NCBI GenBank assembly: GCA_020348925.1
Contig: CP070758.1
Span: 4,525,775 to 4,589,774 of the forward strand
Reading direction: 5' to 3'
From: Gemmatimonadota bacterium
GTDB lineage: Bacteria > JBHIER01 > G020348925
DNA: 64,000 bases
Shown: piece by piece, positions 47,528-57,252 of the stretch
Numbering within the stretch: position 1 is the first letter of the stretch
How the letters are laid out: every line of letters starts with the position of its first letter
Notes under the pieces: model-generated
What the model saw: only the letters and a program-made list of their open reading frames with translations
What the model was told of the DNA's origin: nothing
Databases searched by the model: none
Program-made: the position numbers and the translations under genes

Positions 47528-49846
47528 ATGTTCAATAATTACCTGAAAATTGCCATCCGCAATGTGCTGAAAAATAAAGTTTTTTCCTGTATCAACAGTA
47601 CCGGTCTGGCAATCGGGATCGCCTGCTGCCTGTTGATCGCACTCTGGGTGCTCGATGAGTTGAACGTCGATCGATTTCACAAAGATGGAGATCACATCTA
47701 TCAAGTACTCGTCCGAAGCGGCGGAGAGAATGTTAGGACAACACCAACACCACTTGGGCCAACACTTCAGGAGGAATGCCCTGAAATTACCGACTGGACA
47801 CGCTATCACTGGCTCTTTGAAAGGGCGATGCTCACGTATGATGATAAATCATACTATGAAGACGGGCTCAGGATTGCAGACCCCTCCTTTTTCAGTATCT
47901 TTACATTTCTCTTCCTCAGAGGCGATCCTCAAACGGCATTGGAAGATCCATATTCGGTCGTTATGACCAAAGCCACGGCAGAAAAGTATTTCTCCTACGA
48001 AGATCCCATTGGAAAAACCGTGACTCTGAATCATGAACATAAGCTCACCGTCACCGGGGTCATTGAAAACATCCCGCGTAATTCCACGCTTGCATTCGAC
48101 ATGGTCATTCCCATGGCCTTCCGAATACATTCAGCAGGAAGCTGGTACATGGATTGGAACAATTGCTTCCCCATCACATTCATCAAACTTCAACCCGAAG
48201 CCAATATCGAAGACCTCCATCGTAAAATGGCCGACATCATTCCAACCCACGGCGGAGGAGAACAGGTTGGGCTGACTGTGTTGCCCTTTGTACAACGACA
48301 TTTTTCATTCTATTCCGATATCACATACGTCTATATATTTTCAGCAATTGCGTTTCTTATTCTGGTCATTGCCTGCTTCAATTTTATGAATCTATCGACC
48401 GCTCGATCGACCAATCGCGCCAGAGAAATAGGGATGCGGAAGATTTCAGGAGCCTTTCGAATCCATATCATCGTTCAATTCATGGGTGAATCTCTGTTCT
48501 TGTCACTTGCGGCACTCATGGGTGCACTGATCTTGGTCGCCTTCCTGCTCCCGTATTTCAACTCGCTGACCGGGAAAGCGCTTGCGTTGAGCAACGGAGC
48601 ACTGATTCCTTTCGCTGTTGCTTTTTCCTGTATCACGGGCGTTGCTGCAGGTATCTATCCTGCCTTCGTACTTTCCGGCTTCCAGCCGTACAAGGTGCTC
48701 AAGGGCGACCTCACATTAGGTGTAAAAAGCTCCACATTAAGAAAATCGCTGGTCGTCATTCAATTTTCACTATCGATCATGTTGATCATATGTATGCTGG
48801 TGATTTATAAACAGCTCGACTACATCCGGAACAAAGATATCGGTTATGATAAAGAATGGCTGGTCAAGATTCCGTTACGGGGGGGAAGCCAACAGTACTA
48901 TGACGTTCTCAAAAGTGAATTTCTGCATGAGACGAGCATACTCGGCATCACCGGGACTCAGGCGAGCCTGCCGTATCTGTCCTGGCACCAAGGGGGTTTC
49001 CACTGGAAAGGAAAGGATCCCAACGAAAACATATCCATCTCCTGTAATATGATCCAGTACGACTTCGTCGAAACTTTCCAGATCGAACTGCTTGAGGGCA
49101 GAGATTTTTCCCATGAGCATGCTGTGGATGCAACATCGAGCTGCCTGATCAACGAGGAGATGATGAACATCATGGGCCTTGAAACGGCCGAGAATGCTAT
49201 ACTGAGTCAGACCAATCAGGATTACACCATCATCGGCGTGATGAAAAATTTCCATTTCCATACATTCGGAAACCGTATCGAACCACTCGTCCTGAGGTTC
49301 ACTCCCGGAGTCAATTACATGTATATCCGGATTGCTCCTGAAGCCTTTTCTTCAACCCTCGCCTTCATCAGGGACACCTGGAACAGCACTGTACCGAATT
49401 ACCCTTTTGCGTGCAGTTTTCTCAATGATGAATTGAACAGAGGGTATCGAAATATCGAAAGGGCTGGTACACTGCTGAACGGATTTGCTTTGCTGGCGGT
49501 TGTTATTTCATGCCTCGGTCTGTTCGGCCTGGTTTCTTTCACGGTCCAACAACGGACGAAAGAAATAGGCATCCGTAAAGTCTTGGGAGCTTCTGTAGTG
49601 AGAGTCATTACGCTTTTAACAAAAGATTTCATGATGTGGATACTCCTGGCCAATATAACTGCCTGGCCCGCGGCCTGGTACGCCGCGAACAAGTGGCTGC
49701 AGAATTTCGCCTACCGTATCGATATGAACCTGTGGGTGTTCATTACGGCGGGTGCAATCGCGGTGGCCGTTGCCATGGTAACGGTGAGCTACCAATCGAT
49801 CAAGGCGGCCCTGGCCAATCCCGTAAATAGTTTGAGAACCGAATAA
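47528..49846 (+). CDS. Duplicated MacB/FtsX-type ABC permease, copy 2
   Basis: Same family motifs; ends NPVNSLRTE. Confidence 0.92.
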   Translation: MFNNYLKIAIRNVLKNKVFSCINSTGLAIGIACCLLIALWVLDELNVDRFHKDGDHIYQVLVRSGGENVRTTPTPLGPTLQEECPEITDWTRYHWLFERAMLTYDDKSYYEDGLRIADPSFFSIFTFLFLRGDPQTALEDPYSVVMTKATAEKYFSYEDPIGKTVTLNHEHKLTVTGVIENIPRNSTLAFDMVIPMAFRIHSAGSWYMDWNNCFPITFIKLQPEANIEDLHRKMADIIPTHGGGEQVGLTVLPFVQRHFSFYSDITYVYIFSAIAFLILVIACFNFMNLSTARSTNRAREIGMRKISGAFRIHIIVQFMGESLFLSLAALMGALILVAFLLPYFNSLTGKALALSNGALIPFAVAFSCITGVAAGIYPAFVLSGFQPYKVLKGDLTLGVKSSTLRKSLVVIQFSLSIMLIICMLVIYKQLDYIRNKDIGYDKEWLVKIPLRGGSQQYYDVLKSEFLHETSILGITGTQASLPYLSWHQGGFHWKGKDPNENISISCNMIQYDFVETFQIELLEGRDFSHEHAVDATSSCLINEEMMNIMGLETAENAILSQTNQDYTIIGVMKNFHFHTFGNRIEPLVLRFTPGVNYMYIRIAPEAFSSTLAFIRDTWNSTVPNYPFACSFLNDELNRGYRNIERAGTLLNGFALLAVVISCLGLFGLVSFTVQQRTKEIGIRKVLGASVVRVITLLTKDFMMWILLANITAWPAAWYAANKWLQNFAYRIDMNLWVFITAGAIAVAVAMVTVSYQSIKAALANPVNSLRTE

Positions 49847-49860
49847 CCGCAGGAGGAGCT

Positions 49861-52254
49861 ATGATTCGCAATTACCTGAAAATTGCTCTCCGCAATTTGC
49901 TGAAAAATAAAGTTTTTTCGTTTATCAATATTTCAGGACTGGCCATCGGCATGGCGGTATGTATGCTTATTCTGATGTGGGTATCGGACGAGTTGAACTA
50001 CGACTCATTTCACGAAAACGGTGACCGCATTTATCGCGTATGCATCGATGCCTTCCTGGGAACACCTTTGAAAGCCCCCGTCTGCATGGCGCCCGCAGGA
50101 CCGGCCATGAAAGAATCATTTCCCGAGGTACTGGACGCCGCCCGGCTCGTTCGACCCCGCCGGGCCTCCGTCCTCCATGAGAACAGGCCCTCTTCGGAAG
50201 ACGATGTGGGATACGCCGACGCTTCGTTCTTCAATATATTTACATTTCCCTTTGTCACCGGCGATCCGGCCACGGCCCTCAAAGCAGCCAATACGGTCGT
50301 CATTACTGAGGACGTGGCGAAAAAATATTACGGGAATGGAGATCCTCTGGGTACCACCCTTGAAATCGAGGGAATCGAGTATTCGGTGACCGGAGTCGTC
50401 AGAAATCCGCCTGCAAATTCCCATCTCAATTTTCGCATGCTTCGCTCTTTTGAGACGTTGTACCAGGAGAACAGGGATGCCCTCGAGAATTGGCTGAGCG
50501 CCAGTTACTATACCTACCTCCTTCTGGACGAAAATGCCGATATCGCCAGCCTCGAAAATAAATTCCCAGCGCTGATCGATACACACCTCGGTCCGGTGTT
50601 GAAGAGCATAGGAGGATCGGTCGCTCTGTTCCTTCAACCTCTCAACCGGATTCATCTCTATTCCCACTTGGAAGGAGATCTGGGTTCTGCGGGGGACATC
50701 TCGTATGTCTACCTCTTCTGCGGCATCGCCCTCTTTGTCCTCATCGTCGCTTGTATCAACTTCATCAATCTGGTCACGGCACGGTCTTCCATACGAGCCA
50801 GGGAGATTGGTATCCGAAAAAGCCTGGGGGCCGCCAGAGTACGACTTGTGCAGCAGTTCCTGGGGGAGTCGATCCTCTATTCTCTTTTCGCTTTCGTTCT
50901 GGGATTTTTCCTCGTGTTCTTGACCTTGCCGCTCTTCAACACCCTTCTGGATCATGACCTGAGCATCAACGCCGGGAATGCGCCGTGGTTGATTACAGCT
51001 TTCCTCGGACTGACCATTTGTGTCGGCCTCTTCGCCGGAAGTTACCCGGCCCTGTATCTGTCCGGATTCCAACCCGTCAGTGTATTGAAGAGGCATCTCA
51101 ACATCAAGATATCAAGCTCGCATTTCCGCCGAGCCCTGGTCGTCCTCCAGTTTGCCATATCCGTTTTTCTGATCATCGGCACATGGACCGTCGTGCGGCA
51201 GGTGTCCTTCATGAAAAACAAAAACCTTGGATTTGACGGGGAACAGGTTCTCATCCTGCAGAATCTTCGGGAATCCGAAGAGCATATATCATACGAGACT
51301 TTGAAAACGGAGTTCGAAAAGGTACCAGGAATTATCCGAACCGGAGCTTCGAATACGGTGATCGGACAGAGAAGAAGAAAAAGTGTCTTCATCCCCGAAG
51401 GGTTCACCCAGGAACAGTCGCAAACAATGGACTGGCTGATCATCGATGCCGATTACATCCCGGCCATGGGAATGAAAATGGCCATGGGACGAAATTTTTC
51501 CGCCCAGCTTGTCACGGATACGAGTTCCGCGATTCTTAACGAGGTCGCCGTGCGCAAGTTCGGATGGACTGAGCCCATTGGTAAAACCATCAAGCTGCCG
51601 GCGATTGATGAGGACGAAGGATACACTTTGAATGTTATTGGTGTTGTCCAAAATTTTCATGTGGCATCTCTCCGCGAGACTATCGAGCCGCTGATCATGC
51701 TCTGCGATCCCCAACAGGTTGACAATCTGGCCGTCAAACTTTCTCCTGAAAATATTTCAGGTACGATCGACCGGCTACGGAACAAATGGGGTGGATTGAT
51801 CCCGAATCGACCCTTCGATTTCTTCTTTCTCAATGACACCTTCGATGAAATGTACCGTTCCGAGGAGCGACTGGGTCATCTGATCTTCTATTTCAGCCTC
51901 CTGGCCATTTTCATCGGGTGCCTGGGCTTGTTCGGTCTGACCGCCTTTATGGTCGATCGACGAGTGAAGGAAATCGGGATTCGAAAGATCCTCGGTGCTT
52001 CGGCCGTTAATATCGTCGGATTGCTCTCTGGGGAGTTCATGCTCTTAATCTTCATCGCCGCCGGGATTGCCTGGCCGATCTCATACTTCGGACTGAATCG
52101 ATGGATGGAATCCTTCGCCTATCGGACACCTCTGGCCTGGTGGGTGTTTCTGTTGTCAGGTCTGCTCGTCCTCATCGTTGCCCTCGCAACTGTGAGCGTT
52201 CAGGCCGTCATGGCGGCCCTCACCAATCCGGTGAAGAGTCTTCGATATGAGTAA
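49861..52254 (+). CDS. Duplicated MacB/FtsX-type ABC permease, copy 3
   Basis: Same family motifs; AGGAGGAG RBS; ends NPVKSLRYE. Confidence 0.92.
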   Translation: MIRNYLKIALRNLLKNKVFSFINISGLAIGMAVCMLILMWVSDELNYDSFHENGDRIYRVCIDAFLGTPLKAPVCMAPAGPAMKESFPEVLDAARLVRPRRASVLHENRPSSEDDVGYADASFFNIFTFPFVTGDPATALKAANTVVITEDVAKKYYGNGDPLGTTLEIEGIEYSVTGVVRNPPANSHLNFRMLRSFETLYQENRDALENWLSASYYTYLLLDENADIASLENKFPALIDTHLGPVLKSIGGSVALFLQPLNRIHLYSHLEGDLGSAGDISYVYLFCGIALFVLIVACINFINLVTARSSIRAREIGIRKSLGAARVRLVQQFLGESILYSLFAFVLGFFLVFLTLPLFNTLLDHDLSINAGNAPWLITAFLGLTICVGLFAGSYPALYLSGFQPVSVLKRHLNIKISSSHFRRALVVLQFAISVFLIIGTWTVVRQVSFMKNKNLGFDGEQVLILQNLRESEEHISYETLKTEFEKVPGIIRTGASNTVIGQRRRKSVFIPEGFTQEQSQTMDWLIIDADYIPAMGMKMAMGRNFSAQLVTDTSSAILNEVAVRKFGWTEPIGKTIKLPAIDEDEGYTLNVIGVVQNFHVASLRETIEPLIMLCDPQQVDNLAVKLSPENISGTIDRLRNKWGGLIPNRPFDFFFLNDTFDEMYRSEERLGHLIFYFSLLAIFIGCLGLFGLTAFMVDRRVKEIGIRKILGASAVNIVGLLSGEFMLLIFIAAGIAWPISYFGLNRWMESFAYRTPLAWWVFLLSGLLVLIVALATVSVQAVMAALTNPVKSLRYE

Positions 52255-52360
52255 AAAGATGAGAATAATGACGAGTTCAGGAATATGGAGACTGAGACTC
52301 AGGAACTTCAAACAAACATTTCATTGCGACCGGAATCTCTAAGCTGGACAAGGGGGAACT

Positions 52361-54763
52361 ATGTTTCACAATCATTTGAGAGTAGCGTTCCGAATTCTAT
52401 TAAAGAACAAAGTCTTTTCCTCCATTAATATTTCCGGCCTTGCCATCGGGATAGCCTGTTGTATTTTAATATCCTTGTGGATTCAGGATGAGCTGAGCTA
52501 TGACGGTTTTCATGAACACAAAGAGAACATATTCAGAGTGGTTACGGTTTTTCGCAATGACGGAACCGAAGTGTATGGTGAACAGACACCCGCCCCCCTC
52601 GCTTTCACTCTCAAGAATACGTTCCCTGAGATAGAGAAATCAACGACCGTTTGTGGCAGCTGGGTTACCGGAAATTTGCGGACGACGATTGCTGTCGGAG
52701 ACAATTCCTTTTATACCGACAACTTGATTCTGACCGATTCCTCCTTTTTTGAGATCTTTTCATTTCCCTTTCTGTATGGTGAGAAGGCGACTGCCCTGTC
52801 CGATCCAAATACTGTCGTCCTCACCAGTTCTGTGGCGAACAGGTGCTTCGGAGATGTTGATCCCCTGAACAAAACCATTCACATTGACGGGAATCCTGTG
52901 ATTGTCTCCGGAATTATCGAGGACATTCCGGATAACTCCCATTTACAATTCGATGTCGTTCTGCCGTTGACTCATGTCAGAAACACCGACCGGGGCTTCT
53001 TTTTAAACAAATGGGATTCGTACGGATTCTCAACGTATGTTCTTCTGCGGGGCGGCACGCCTGTGAGAGAGCTCGATGCAAAAATCGACGATCTGATCAT
53101 CAAAAACGATCCGTTTTTTGGCGCAACGGCCGGTCACATATTCTTGCAATCTCTGTCCAGGATTCGTTTGTTCAATGTTGACGGAAGCGCCGGACTGGCC
53201 CGTTATGTCTATATATTTGCTACAATAGCGGTGATCGTCCTGCTCATCGCCTGCATCAATTATATGAACCTTTCAACCGCCCGTTCCGAAAAAAGATCGA
53301 AAGAGATAGGTTTGAGGAAAGTCGTCGGGTCAAGGAGGACACTGATAATCAGACAGTTTTTTAGTGAATCATTCTTGTACGCTTTCATTTCATTTTTGAT
53401 TTCACTTGGTATCGTTATAATCTTTCTTCCTCATTTCAACGAGTTAACTGGAAAGCGAATTGATTTTACCATCATGAATCCCGGCCTTATCGTGGGGGCA
53501 ATCCTGGCTGCTCTTTTTACAGGAATTGTGTCCGGCTCGTATCCGGCGTTATATCTCTCATCCTTTCTCCCCATAGATATATTCAAAAAATCGACGCATT
53601 CTGGAATCGGGAAATCTCTTGTGAGAAAATCCCTCGTCGTTCTTCAATTCACATTATCCATCGCTTTAATCATATGCATGATGATCGTCTCTCATCAGGT
53701 TGGGTTTATGAGACATGCCGAAATCGGATTCAGCAAGGAAAACATCATAACGCTTCCAGTCAACGGAAGCATTGAAAACAGACTGGAGTCATTCAGGCAC
53801 GAACTGAAAAAAAATCCCAACATTCTTGATGTCGCTTTCAAAAGTTCCAGTTCTCTCCGTTCGGGTGCAACGTCTGGTACAATTTCGTGGGAAGGGAAGG
53901 ACCCGGATCTGCAGATAAACTGGTGTCACCCGATGGTCGATCATGACTACTTTCACACATTAAACATGAAAATTGTCGAGGGAAGGGATTTCTCAAGGGA
54001 TAACCAGTCGGATCAGAAACAGGGTTTCATTCTGAACGAAGAAGCGGTTCGACAGAGTGGCCTCCAGCAACCGGTTGGAAAATCTATTTCCGTGAACGGC
54101 AGAACCGGTATCATAATCGGTGTTGTGCAGAACGCCCAACTGAATTCGCTCAGATTCCAGGTGCAACCGGAAGTATATCATCTTTCACAAACGTTCCGGG
54201 AAAAGTTCCAGACTCTTTTCATAAAGCTTGGTTCTGCTGAAAATAATACGAAATTTAGTTCGTTGAGGACATTGCTGACCCACATCGAACATGTCTGGAA
54301 ACAGTTCATGCCGGGGGCCCCCTTCGAATACAGATTTCTGGATGAAACAATCGAGGACCTGTACAGAGCGGAAATGCGTGTGAGTGGTATTCTAAATTAC
54401 TTCACGCTGTTAGCAGTCTTTCTCTCATGCCTTGGACTCTATGGCCTAACATCATTCATGGCAGAACAACGCCGAAAAGAGATTGGTGTGCGAAAAGTGC
54501 TCGGAGCATCAATTCCGGGAATCGTCATCGCATTTTCGAGAGAATTCACGAAATGGGTGTTTCTCGCCAATATCATAGCCTGGCCCCTGGCGTACTATGT
54601 CATGAACAGATGGTTGGAGAATTTTTCATACCGGGTAAAACTCGGAATAGAGACATTTCTTCTGGCGGCGTTTCTGGCGCTCACCGTCGCCCTGCTAACC
54701 GTCAGTTATCAATCGCTAAAAGCGGCTCTGGCCAATCCTGTGGAAAGCCTCAGATATGAATAG
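52361..54763 (+). CDS. Duplicated MacB/FtsX-type ABC permease, copy 4
   Basis: Same family motifs; ends NPVESLRYE. Confidence 0.92.
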   Translation: MFHNHLRVAFRILLKNKVFSSINISGLAIGIACCILISLWIQDELSYDGFHEHKENIFRVVTVFRNDGTEVYGEQTPAPLAFTLKNTFPEIEKSTTVCGSWVTGNLRTTIAVGDNSFYTDNLILTDSSFFEIFSFPFLYGEKATALSDPNTVVLTSSVANRCFGDVDPLNKTIHIDGNPVIVSGIIEDIPDNSHLQFDVVLPLTHVRNTDRGFFLNKWDSYGFSTYVLLRGGTPVRELDAKIDDLIIKNDPFFGATAGHIFLQSLSRIRLFNVDGSAGLARYVYIFATIAVIVLLIACINYMNLSTARSEKRSKEIGLRKVVGSRRTLIIRQFFSESFLYAFISFLISLGIVIIFLPHFNELTGKRIDFTIMNPGLIVGAILAALFTGIVSGSYPALYLSSFLPIDIFKKSTHSGIGKSLVRKSLVVLQFTLSIALIICMMIVSHQVGFMRHAEIGFSKENIITLPVNGSIENRLESFRHELKKNPNILDVAFKSSSSLRSGATSGTISWEGKDPDLQINWCHPMVDHDYFHTLNMKIVEGRDFSRDNQSDQKQGFILNEEAVRQSGLQQPVGKSISVNGRTGIIIGVVQNAQLNSLRFQVQPEVYHLSQTFREKFQTLFIKLGSAENNTKFSSLRTLLTHIEHVWKQFMPGAPFEYRFLDETIEDLYRAEMRVSGILNYFTLLAVFLSCLGLYGLTSFMAEQRRKEIGVRKVLGASIPGIVIAFSREFTKWVFLANIIAWPLAYYVMNRWLENFSYRVKLGIETFLLAAFLALTVALLTVSYQSLKAALANPVESLRYE

Positions 54764-54828
54764 CAAAATCCTTAGTAATACATTACTGTGAAGAGCACTG
54801 GTTGTATTTCTGAAATAGGGCATCTTTT

Positions 54829-57165
54829 ATGTTTAAGAATTATATCGTAATCGCTTTGAGAAACATAAAGAGATACAAAGGATATTCATGTATAAACATA
54901 ATCGGACTTGCCACTGGCATGGTCTGTTGTCTGTTCATTGCCCTGTGGATACTCGATGAACTCAGTTACGACCGATTCCATGAAGACACCGACCGCCTCT
55001 ATCAGGTACTGGTACATAGGCTGAATCAAAACCGTCCCGCAACACCTATTCCTCTTGCTCCTGCCCTAAAAAAAGAAGTCCCCGAAATTGTATATGCTAC
55101 GCGATATGGATGGCTTTTAGAGGTTCTGCTCAGTCACGGTGATCGAGCATATTATGAAAGCGAAATTCGAGTTGTGGATGCCGATTTTTTCAAAATCCTT
55201 ACTTTCCCGTTACTCAAAGGTAATCCGAATTCGGTTTTGAACGACATCAACTCCATCGTCATATCGAAAACCATTGCACAAAAATATTTTCCAGATGAAG
55301 ACCCCATTGGGAAAGTGCTAACAATGAACCATCGTCGTGATTTCGTTGTTACTGGCGTCATGAGAGATATACCCCAAAATTCAACACTTCAGTTTGATAT
55401 GGTCGTGAGACATGAAATTTGGAATATGAAGGCATACGAACGAAAACTGGACCCAACAGATTGGAGTTGGCACAGCCCCAGTATTGTTGTGAGGATTCCT
55501 GAGAACATGTCCCCGGAGGATATAAACGTTAAAATCAAAGACTTTATTCGAAAACATGACAATGAACAGAATGCTTCCATCTCTTTGATGCCGTTTACTA
55601 AAAGAAATATTGTTTTTCGGGATACACATAACTACATCACCATTTTCTCAGTCGTGGCAATTTTTCTTCTTATCATTGCCTGCATCAACTTCATGAACTT
55701 TTCAACAGCACGCTCGTCCAACCGCGCCTGTGAAATCGTTATTCGAAAAGTTTCCGGTGCTCAACGTAACAATATCTTCGTGCAATTTTTAAGTGAAGCA
55801 TTTGTGCTGACGATCACAGCTCTTATTGTAGCTTTACTATTGATATCAGTCTTGCTGCCTTTTTTTAACAACCTGGTTGGGAGACAGTTTACGCTGGATG
55901 CATTGAGAAACTGGACCATTCTTCCTGTACTCGGCGGTTTGGCTCTTACTACAGCACTTGTTTCTGGTAGTTATCCGGCTCTTTTTCTGTCCTCATTGAA
56001 ACCGACGACTGTTCTCAGGAACACATCGAAGGCAGGCGCTCCAGGCTCTCTCGTCAGAAAAATTCTGGTCGTTTTTCAGTTCTCCACATCCATTTTTTTA
56101 GTTATCGGAACAGGTACGATTTACAGACAACTTGAATACATGAAAAGTAAGGACGTTGGGTATGTCAAGGATAATCTTCTCACTATTTCTCTAAAAGGTG
56201 AAAGTAGACAATATTATGAGGCATTGAAAATGAGACTATTGTCCGATGAAAGCATAGTCAGTGTCTCCGGAACGTCTGATGATCTTCCCGAATTTGATTG
56301 GAATATAGATATCAGCGACCGGAAGGGAGCGAATCTCGATAGAGAAATGTCTGTGGATTTCAATTATGTCGATTACAATTTTTTTGAGACGTTGGGTATT
56401 GAAATGATTGATGGGGGAGATTATACGGAAGAAAACATTTCGGGAGGCGATAATATCCTTGTCGTGAATGAAAAATTGGTCGAATTGATGGGATTCAATA
56501 TTGGCGTCGGACATCGCCTCCATTTCGAAGGTGATGAGGGAATAATCGTGGGTGTAATTGAAAACGTTCATTTCCGGCCGTTGACCGATTTTATGAGACC
56601 AATTGTTTTTCTTCTGCAACCTCAACAGGTGAACTATTTGGTGTTACGGTTACAAGGGAAAAATATATTCTCCTCACTTCGATTCATTAAAAAAACGTGG
56701 GAAGAAATAATGCCGCTGTATCCTTTCGAATACGAGTTTGTCACCGAACGTTTCAACCGTCGCTACACTGGTATTGAAAGAATGGGCCATCTTTTCAACG
56801 TGTTCACATTTATTGCCATCTTTATCGCGTGTCTCGGTCTCTTCGGTTTGGCCTCTTTTATTTCCGAACAACGATCGAAGGAGATTGGTATTCGAAAAGC
56901 TTTAGGGGCTTCAGTTTCAGGAATTATGCTCATGCTATCTAGAGAATTCTTACTGTGGGTGCTTATGGCCAATTGCATTGCCTGGCCCATCGCCTGGTTA
57001 ATCATGAACACATGGCTCGACAAATTTGCATATCGAATTACAATGAGTGGCTCCACATTTGTCATGGCTGGGACTCTGGCCCTGATGATTGCATTCCTTA
57101 CGGTGAGTTATCAAACAATGAAGGCAGCCCTGGCCAATCCGGTAAAGAGCTTGAGATACGAATAA
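54829..57165 (+). CDS. Duplicated MacB/FtsX-type ABC permease, copy 5
   Basis: Same family motifs; ends NPVKSLRYE. Confidence 0.92.
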   Translation: MFKNYIVIALRNIKRYKGYSCINIIGLATGMVCCLFIALWILDELSYDRFHEDTDRLYQVLVHRLNQNRPATPIPLAPALKKEVPEIVYATRYGWLLEVLLSHGDRAYYESEIRVVDADFFKILTFPLLKGNPNSVLNDINSIVISKTIAQKYFPDEDPIGKVLTMNHRRDFVVTGVMRDIPQNSTLQFDMVVRHEIWNMKAYERKLDPTDWSWHSPSIVVRIPENMSPEDINVKIKDFIRKHDNEQNASISLMPFTKRNIVFRDTHNYITIFSVVAIFLLIIACINFMNFSTARSSNRACEIVIRKVSGAQRNNIFVQFLSEAFVLTITALIVALLLISVLLPFFNNLVGRQFTLDALRNWTILPVLGGLALTTALVSGSYPALFLSSLKPTTVLRNTSKAGAPGSLVRKILVVFQFSTSIFLVIGTGTIYRQLEYMKSKDVGYVKDNLLTISLKGESRQYYEALKMRLLSDESIVSVSGTSDDLPEFDWNIDISDRKGANLDREMSVDFNYVDYNFFETLGIEMIDGGDYTEENISGGDNILVVNEKLVELMGFNIGVGHRLHFEGDEGIIVGVIENVHFRPLTDFMRPIVFLLQPQQVNYLVLRLQGKNIFSSLRFIKKTWEEIMPLYPFEYEFVTERFNRRYTGIERMGHLFNVFTFIAIFIACLGLFGLASFISEQRSKEIGIRKALGASVSGIMLMLSREFLLWVLMANCIAWPIAWLIMNTWLDKFAYRITMSGSTFVMAGTLALMIAFLTVSYQTMKAALANPVKSLRYE

Positions 57166-57252
57166 AAATATGAGATGTCAAATGTGTCTAATCTTCGAGA
57201 ACCGTTTTACATTTCACGTCCACGTCTGACGTTTCACATAGAGGAGCAAATC